Source: an uncultured delta proteobacterium
GTDB taxonomy: Bacteria > Myxococcota_A > UBA9160 > SMWR01
DNA: 64,000 bases
Direction: 5' to 3'
Assembly: GCA_963832165.1 (NCBI GenBank)
Contig: CAWHTE010000003.1
Span: 544,001-608,000 of the forward strand
Shown here piece after piece: positions 60,239-64,000 of this stretch. How positions within the stretch are numbered: the first letter of the stretch is position 1; every line of letters starts with the position of its first letter. A program made the position numbers and the translations under genes. The notes beneath the pieces are model-generated. The model made no database searches. It was not told where the DNA came from and saw only the letters and a list, made by a program, of their open reading frames with translations.

Positions 60239-61050
60239 AGATCGTCGACAAGCGAGGCCTCGCGCCGCGGCCGTACTACGTCCCGGTCGGAAACGAGGAG
60301 GAGATCTTCAAGGCGGCCTTCCGCCAGGGAATGTCGCTCGTGCTCAAGGGGCCCACGGGCTGCGGGAAGACGCGCTTCGTCGAGGCGATGGCCTACGACC
60401 TCGAGCGGCCCCTGATCACGGTTGCGTGCCACGACGACCTCACGACCGCCGATCTCGTGGGCCGCTTCCTGCTGCGCGGCGGTGATACGGAGTGGGTCGA
60501 TGGCCCGCTCACGCGCGCCGTGCGCGAGGGCGCCATCTGCTACCTCGACGAGGTCGTCGAGGCGCGCCAGGACACGACCGTCGTGATCCATCCACTCGCG
60601 GATCACCGGCGTCAGCTCCCGATCGACCGGCTCGGACTGACGCTCGACGCCGCGCCGGGGTTCTGCCTGGTCGTGTCCTACAACCCCGGGTACCAGAGCG
60701 TGCTCAAGGATCTCAAGGACTCGACGCGACAGCGAATGGTGTCGATCGAGTTCGGCTTTCCGCCCGCGGACGTCGAAGAGAAGATCGTCGCGCACGAGGC
60801 GGGTGTCGACTCCAACAGAGCCGCCGAGCTCGTGCGCCTCGGTCAGGCGATCCGGCGCCTCGAGACGGCCGGGCTGCGCGAGGTCGCCTCGACCCGCGTG
60901 CTGATCGCCGCGGGGCGGCTGATCGCCGAAGGGTTGAGTCCGCGCGAGGCGGCGCGCGCCGCCGTCGCGGGACCGCTCACCGACGATCCGGCCGTGACGA
61001 GCGGCCTCCTGGAGATGATCAACGTGTACCTGGCCGACGCGTCGGCCTGA
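60235..61050 (+). CDS. CbbQ/NirQ/NorQ family MoxR-type AAA+ ATPase
   Basis: LKGPTGCGKTRFVE, WVDGPLT, YLDEVVEARQD, SYNPGYQ, DLKDSTRQR and STRVL. Confidence 0.95.
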   Translation: MKIVDKRGLAPRPYYVPVGNEEEIFKAAFRQGMSLVLKGPTGCGKTRFVEAMAYDLERPLITVACHDDLTTADLVGRFLLRGGDTEWVDGPLTRAVREGAICYLDEVVEARQDTTVVIHPLADHRRQLPIDRLGLTLDAAPGFCLVVSYNPGYQSVLKDLKDSTRQRMVSIEFGFPPADVEEKIVAHEAGVDSNRAAELVRLGQAIRRLETAGLREVASTRVLIAAGRLIAEGLSPREAARAAVAGPLTDDPAVTSGLLEMINVYLADASA

Positions 61051-61059
61051 CGAGGCGAT

Positions 61060-62172
61060 ATGTCCTACGAGAGCACCGCACAGCCGATCAAGCTCGGCTA
61101 CCTCTTCGACTTCAAGCTGCCGGCCTTCTTCCCGAAGGAGATGCGGGACGACCTGACCCAGGTGTTCCAGCTCGTCTTCGACGAAGGCCTCAAGCAGAGG
61201 ATCATCGACCGCCCCGTGGAGATCGTGTTCCGCGAGGTCGAGGGCCTTCCGAAGGGCACCGTCAAATCGGTGATCGACGCCTACGGTGAGCTCGTCGACG
61301 AAGGTTGTCTCGCGATCTTCGGCCCGAGCATCAGCGACAACTGCATCCCGACACGCGAGGCGATCGAGCAGCGCTTCCATGTGCCCGCGGTCAGCGTCAG
61401 CGGATCCGACGACTGGCTGGGCGAGTGGACCTTCTCGTTTCCACAGGGCTCGTTCACCGACGAACCGATTTTCTGGGCGGACCTGCTCAAGAAGGGCGGA
61501 CACAGCGAGGTCGGCGTCCTCGTCGAGCAGTCGCTGGTCGGTGAGAGCTACGTGAAGAGCTTCCGCAAAGCCTGTCGGGATGCGCGCATTCGCATCGTGG
61601 CGGAAGAGCAGATCGCGCAGACCGCGCAGGACGTCCTCGAGGCGGTTCGGAGAGTGCACGAAGCGAAGCCGAACGCGCTCGTGCACTGCGGCTTCGGCTT
61701 CGGAATCCTGCACGTCAACTCCGTGCTCGAAACGCTCGGCTGGGATCCGCCTCGGTTCACGAGCACCGCGTTCCAGAACGCGTGGATCAACCCCGTGTTG
61801 TGGAGAGCGTTCCTGGGATGGACGGGAATCGACCAGTACGACGAGGGCAACCCCGTCGGCCAGCGCTTCCTCGACCAGTACGCAGCGACCTACGGACGGC
61901 GTCCCCAGTACTGCGTGCCCGTGGTGAATCGCGACATCGCCACCGCGCTGCTGCGCGCCTTCGCCGACGCGCATCCCCTGAGCCCTCGCGGCGTCAAGGA
62001 GGCGCTCGAGCGCGTGAAGATGATCCCCGCCGCCTCGGGCGCGCCGGGGACCCGGGTTTCGTTCGGAAAGTGGACGCGCCGCGCGTGGATGGGACCGGGC
62101 TATCTCGTGGCGCGGAAGCTGGATCCGGACGGGATCAACTCGCACCTCGTCGATCGCTTTGGAGAGGACTGA
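61060..62172 (+). CDS. Type I periplasmic-binding-fold (LivJ/AmiC-like) protein without an evident signal peptide
   Basis: PIKLG start, DRPVEIV, AIFGP, EEQI...D and ALVHCG pattern; no hydrophobic leader. Confidence 0.75.
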   Translation: MSYESTAQPIKLGYLFDFKLPAFFPKEMRDDLTQVFQLVFDEGLKQRIIDRPVEIVFREVEGLPKGTVKSVIDAYGELVDEGCLAIFGPSISDNCIPTREAIEQRFHVPAVSVSGSDDWLGEWTFSFPQGSFTDEPIFWADLLKKGGHSEVGVLVEQSLVGESYVKSFRKACRDARIRIVAEEQIAQTAQDVLEAVRRVHEAKPNALVHCGFGFGILHVNSVLETLGWDPPRFTSTAFQNAWINPVLWRAFLGWTGIDQYDEGNPVGQRFLDQYAATYGRRPQYCVPVVNRDIATALLRAFADAHPLSPRGVKEALERVKMIPAASGAPGTRVSFGKWTRRAWMGPGYLVARKLDPDGINSHLVDRFGED

Positions 62173-62175
62173 CCC

Positions 62176-63313
62176 ATGAGCACAGAACAGGTATTGCCGT
62201 CGCCCGCGCGTCCGGTTGCGACTTCGAGGCGGGCGCTCTTCACCGTTGCTCTGGATCGCCGTCGTGCTCGCCGTGCTGGCTGCGATCGCCTACCACGCGC
62301 GCACGGGTGCGGTCTCTCCGCGCATCGCAAACCCGGAGATGACGGGTGTGCCTGCGCGTCCCGTGGAGTTCCTGTGCGGGAAGAGCGACGCCGACTGGCT
62401 CTACCGTCAGCAGGTCGGGTGTCTCATCATGATGCTCACGCTCACCGCTGCGTGCGTGCGCACGTGGATACGGAGTCCGGGTCACCCCTACGTCCTGATG
62501 GTGCTGGCCTCGACGGCCATCGTCTGGCAGGACCCGATCATGAACTGGGCGCCGTACGCGGTGTACAACCCGCAGCTCTGGCACTTCCCCGAAGACTGGC
62601 CGCTCGTGAGGATGTCGCCCACGGTCGAGCCCTTCGTCGTGATCGGATACTCGACCTTCTATTTCATCGCGCCGTTCTTCGTGAGCACGTGGATCCTGCG
62701 CGGAGTCCAGAAGCGCAGAGCCACCGACTCGTTCGTCTGGCGCCGCCCGCTGATCAGCCTCGCGGCGCTGATCTTCGTCACGGGGTTCATGATCGACGCG
62801 GCCCTGGAGATCTTCTGCGTTCACAGCGGGCTGTACATCTACTCGCAGGTGATTCCGTGGGGCTCGCTCTTCGTGGGAACGACCTTCCAGTTCCCGCTGA
62901 TCTGGGAATCTTCACTCGTCACCGTCGTGATGATTCCCGCAGGCGTCCTCTGCTATCGGGACGACACGGGGCGCACGCAGGCCGAGAAGCTGGCCCAGAG
63001 GCTGCGTTGGTTCCCCACACGGCCCGTGCTCGCCACGTTCCTGGTCATGGCCGGGATCCTGAACCTCTCTTATTTCGTGTATGGCGCCGGCTTCGGCGCA
63101 ATCCGCGCGTCGAAGCTCGCGACCTCCGTCGCGTGCCCGTATCCGTTCCCGGAAGCGAAGGTCTACGACCCGCAGGGCTTCTATGAGAGGGCGGGGCATC
63201 CCGGCCCGTATTTCGAGGGCCACTGGAACGGCTGGATGACCGCTCAGCCGGGCGGGCGCCCGACCGTGAACCCCGTGAAGCCAGATGGTCATTGCGGGCC
63301 CGATCGTGCCTGA
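62176..63313 (+). CDS. Spirocyclase AveC-like membrane protein, probable +1 frameshift near 62230
   Basis: WQDPIMNW...YNP, D..LE...GLYIY and QFPL motifs with multiple TM helices. Confidence 0.7.
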
Positions 63314-64000
63314 GTCGCGCAGCGTCGTCATCACGGGTGCATCGCGCGGGCTCGGCTTCGCGTCCGCAGTGCATCTGTACCGCCTGGGATGGCGCGTCGT
63401 CGCAGCGATGCGCTCACCCGACGCGGGACTCGAGCGCCTGCGCGCGGCGACCGGCGCTGCCGCCGATGACGCGCGCTTGATCGGTGTCCGACTCGACCTG
63501 AACGATCCGACGTCGATCGCCGAGGCCGCGCGGAACATCGAGAAAGTCGTGGGTGCGCCCGACGTCCTCGTGCACAACGCCGGCATCGCCGCTGCCGGCT
63601 GTGTCGAGGACATGCCGATCAGCGTATGGAACGAGATCTTCTCGACGAATCTCTTCGGGCCGGTGGCGCTGACCCAGGCGCTGCTTGCCATCGATGCGGG
63701 CCGCGGGGCGCGGTCGGATCGTCGCGATCTCGAGTCAGGGCGGCGTCCACGGAATGCCGTCGATCGCCGCCTACTCCGCGGCGAAGGGGGCCCTGGAGCG
63801 GTGGGCCGAGGCGCTCGCGAACGAGATCGCGCCGTTCGGGCTCGGCGTCACCATCCTCGTCACGGGAACCTTCGACACCGACATCATCACGGAGAAGACT
63901 CCCGACTACCGCGACTTCGACGGGCCCTACGGCTCGCAGTACGTCGAGATCGATCGCCGCGGGCGCGCTGCGATGCGCTACGCGAGCCCGCCCGAGCGGT
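63306..64000 (+). CDS. SDR family oxidoreductase (runs off the window), +1 frameshift near 63686
   Basis: Read by hand from GTG 63306: VITGASRGLG, HNAG, TNLFG, then ISS and YSAAK in the shifted frame. Confidence 0.85.
   Translation, partial: MPESRSVVITGASRGLGFASAVHLYRLGWRVVAAMRSPDAGLERLRAATGAAADDARLIGVRLDLNDPTSIAEAARNIEKVVGAPDVLVHNAGIAAAGCVEDMPISVWNEIFSTNLFGPVALTQALLAIDAGRGARSDRRDLESGRRPRNAVDRRLLRGEGGPGAVGRGARERDRAVRARRHHPRHGNLRHRHHHGEDSRLPRLRRALRLAVRRDRSPRARCDALREPARA

Noticed and set aside
58561..61050. Evidence for carbon fixation or denitrification from cbbQ/norQ-like genes
   Set aside because: No RuBisCO or nitric oxide reductase genes are in the window; the family name alone does not show the pathway.
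8230..63690. Programmed frameshifting or true pseudogenes as the cause of the split genes
   Set aside because: No shared slippery sequence, the genes are unrelated and include core metabolism, and there is no other decay; assembly error is simpler.
199..63691. Many long alternative-frame and antisense ORFs (e.g. 199-2652, 23332-26367, 43565-46183, 46836-49340, 56525-59080)
   Set aside because: They are Arg/Ala/Pro-rich shadow frames expected at this GC content, overlap well-supported genes and carry no family motifs.
56498..64000. Possible horizontally acquired island (DHFR-like gene onward)
   Set aside because: No integrase, tRNA, direct repeats or measurable compositional break could be shown by eye.

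Overview
A gene-dense, very GC-rich window from a diderm bacterium. It encodes OmpA, TonB/ExbBD, an RND pump and a sigma-54 activator. Gene content is compatible with a Myxococcota/deltaproteobacterial lineage, but that is inference only. About 59 CDSs can be supported. Housekeeping genes (ackA, cysS, aroA, serA, purA, a CCA-type nucleotidyltransferase) are interspersed with accessory modules: lipid/aromatic catabolic enzymes, a ferritin-like di-iron gene pair with a four-helix-bundle partner, a TetR-RND efflux operon, a DprE1/DprE2-like pair, a protease/DUF4124/exosortase block, a nitrile hydratase with an unusual CTQCSCT metal motif, a TonB-ExbB-ExbD motor linked to a ~1100-aa protein of ~42 calcium-binding-type repeats, a glycan-modification cluster with an AsnB-GT4 fusion, and a double-TetR / vWA / CbbQ-NorQ / binding-protein / AveC-like / SDR operon. 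About ten single-base frameshifts, almost all +1 and including two in serA, look like long-read assembly errors rather than pseudogenes. No rRNA, tRNA, CRISPR array, transposase or integrase was recognised. All product calls come from motif recognition by eye; no database search was run.
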